Source of the DNA: Candidatus Thorarchaeota archaeon
Lineage (GTDB): Archaea > Asgardarchaeota > Thorarchaeia > Thorarchaeales > Thorarchaeaceae
DNA length: 36,478 nucleotides
Assembly: GCA_016839445.1 (NCBI GenBank)
Contig: JAEOUG010000096.1
Location: 1 to 36,478 of the forward strand
Direction: 5' to 3'
Shown: positions 35,204 through 36,478 of the stretch, in pieces
Layout of the letters: the number at the start of each line of letters is the position of its first letter
Position numbering within the stretch: the stretch's first letter is position 1
Notes under the pieces: generated by a model
The model's database searches: none
What the model saw: only the letters and a program-made list of their open reading frames with translations
Told to the model about the DNA's origin: nothing
Made by a program: the position numbers and the translations under genes

Positions 35204-36328
35204 ATGGATGTCAAACGGATTGCAGTCATAGGCTCTGGACTCATGGGTTCAGGAATCGCCTATGTGTCTGCATGGAACGGGTACGACGTCACCATTAACG
35301 ACATCAAGCAGGAGTATGTCGACAGCGGGATGGATCGAATCCGGAATGATGTGATGACTGGCATCGACAAGGGCAAGATGTCCATGACCGAGGCTGAGGG
35401 TCTTATTGGCCGCATGAAGGGCAATGTGGACCTAGAGGCAGCGGTGAAGGACGCAGACCTGGTCATCGAAGCCATCTTCGAGAACATGGACGTGAAGAAG
35501 GAGGTATTCGGCCGTATCGATGCCGCCGCCCCCTCTCACACAATCCTCGCGACAAACACGTCATCCCTGAGCATTGACGAGCTGGCCTCCTCGACCAAGA
35601 GGCCTGACAAGTTCATTGGCATGCACTACTTCTCCCCTGTCGCAGCAATGAAGCTGCTCGAGATCGTGGTGGGTGACAAGACGAGCTCTGAAACCATCGC
35701 CATTGCTGAAGCTGTGGGGGCCAAGCAGAACAAGACAACTGTTCGTGCGAAGAACAGCCCCGGCTTCATCGTAAACAGGATTCTGATGCCTGTTCTTCGT
35801 GAGTCCATTCTCCTGTACGAACAGGGAGTGGCAACGATGGAGGAGCTTGACACTGCTATGGTAGCAGGCGCCAAGTTCGCAGCTGGCCCATTCGCTCTTG
35901 GCGACTTCGTTGGCCTAGATGTGGCGTTCAATGCCATGAGCACTCTGTACCGGGAGCTCGGTGATTGCTTCAAACCGCCTGAAACTCTCAAGAAGCTTGT
36001 CGATGCGGGCCACTTGGGCAACAAGACCAAGAAGGGCTTCTACGACTACAGCGGTAAGGGACCTGCGCCCGAGCCCTACAAGGGTGTGGACAGGGACTGG
36101 TTGGTCACACGAGTTTCAATGCCTGTCATTCGTGAAGCAATGATCCTGGTTGATGATGGGATTGCGAACAAGGAAGACATTGACAAAGCAATGATTCTTG
36201 GCGCAAGCTTCCCGGAGGGACCTTTCGCCATGGCCCAGCGTGTTGGTATGGACAAGGTGAAGACCGAAATCACCAAGCTCCACGAAGAGCTAGGCGAGTG
36301 CTACAGCGTTCCGAAGATGCTCCAATAG
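35204..36328 (+). CDS. 3-hydroxyacyl-CoA dehydrogenase with duplicated C-terminal domain
   Basis: GSGLMGSGIA, IEAIFE, TNTSS, GMHYFSP and PGFIVNR; two helical C-terminal repeats (AGPF / EGPF). Confidence 0.95.
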   Translation: MDVKRIAVIGSGLMGSGIAYVSAWNGYDVTINDIKQEYVDSGMDRIRNDVMTGIDKGKMSMTEAEGLIGRMKGNVDLEAAVKDADLVIEAIFENMDVKKEVFGRIDAAAPSHTILATNTSSLSIDELASSTKRPDKFIGMHYFSPVAAMKLLEIVVGDKTSSETIAIAEAVGAKQNKTTVRAKNSPGFIVNRILMPVLRESILLYEQGVATMEELDTAMVAGAKFAAGPFALGDFVGLDVAFNAMSTLYRELGDCFKPPETLKKLVDAGHLGNKTKKGFYDYSGKGPAPEPYKGVDRDWLVTRVSMPVIREAMILVDDGIANKEDIDKAMILGASFPEGPFAMAQRVGMDKVKTEITKLHEELGECYSVPKMLQ

Positions 36329-36337
36329 AGTACCCAA

Positions 36338-36361
36338 GAGGCAGGACTCTCGTCTTGCCTC
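36338..36361 (+). terminator. Hairpin downstream of the dehydrogenase
   Basis: GAGGCAGGAC-tctc-GTCTTGCCTC (one G-U pair), with a T-rich tract at 36368-36374. Confidence 0.55.
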
Positions 36362-36443
36362 CCTCACTTGTTTTCATTCGAGATGAACTCTTTATAAGGT
36401 GGTCCTGTAACGGCAGCTCAAAGTCTCTTGAGGAATATGAACA

Positions 36444-36478
36444 ATGGCCGAATACGAGACAATGCTCTACAGCAAAGA
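36444..36478 (+). CDS. 5' end of a probable enoyl-CoA hydratase (partial)
   Basis: MAEYETMLYSK resembles crotonase N-termini; TTTATAA at 36391 and GAGGA SD; beta-oxidation context. Only 11 codons are visible. Confidence 0.45.
   Translation, partial: MAEYETMLYSK

Noticed and set aside
35189-35206. In-frame TAG joining SCP2 to the dehydrogenase
   Set aside because: The 12-nt spacer is explained by a GGAGG SD for independent initiation.
1-36478. tRNA, rRNA, CRISPR array, IS element, selenoprotein/SECIS
   Set aside because: By eye I found no T-loop cloverleaf, spaced direct repeats, transposase or TGA-interrupted conserved ORF; a covariance-model scan would be needed to exclude small RNAs.

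Overview
Gene-dense archaeal window with TATA-like promoters, GGAGG/GGTGA ribosome-binding sites and archaeal markers (proteasome alpha, DtdA, ADP-forming Acd, MtrH-like). A Rab-like protein, a Cia2-like protein, a PCI-like/FG-GAP protein and a giant TrmB suggest an Asgard archaeon, possibly Thorarchaeia; this is inference, not a database result. About 38 CDS are supported. I saw no tRNA, rRNA, CRISPR or transposase. Metabolic genes: HDAC, MtrH-corrinoid pair, PAS kinase, NrdG-like radical SAM, RimK/MptN, ThiF/E1, aminotransferase, Acd + Pta-like, nitroreductase-SCP2-beta-oxidation cluster. The strongest candidates for undescribed systems are: (1) a Rab-like pseudo-GTPase with a polybasic tail next to an acidic, polyproline-bearing disordered protein; (2) an unannotated CdrS-like RHH gene upstream of a palindromic operator and two paralogous 7-Cys proteins; (3) a coiled-coil cluster around dtdA ending in a ~1300-aa TrmB with a ~1100-residue helical insert; (4) a cytoplasmic FG-GAP propeller-Zn ribbon-tandem winged-helix protein; (5) a pseudo-dimeric beta-carbonic anhydrase with one dead half. 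All family calls come from motif recognition by eye.
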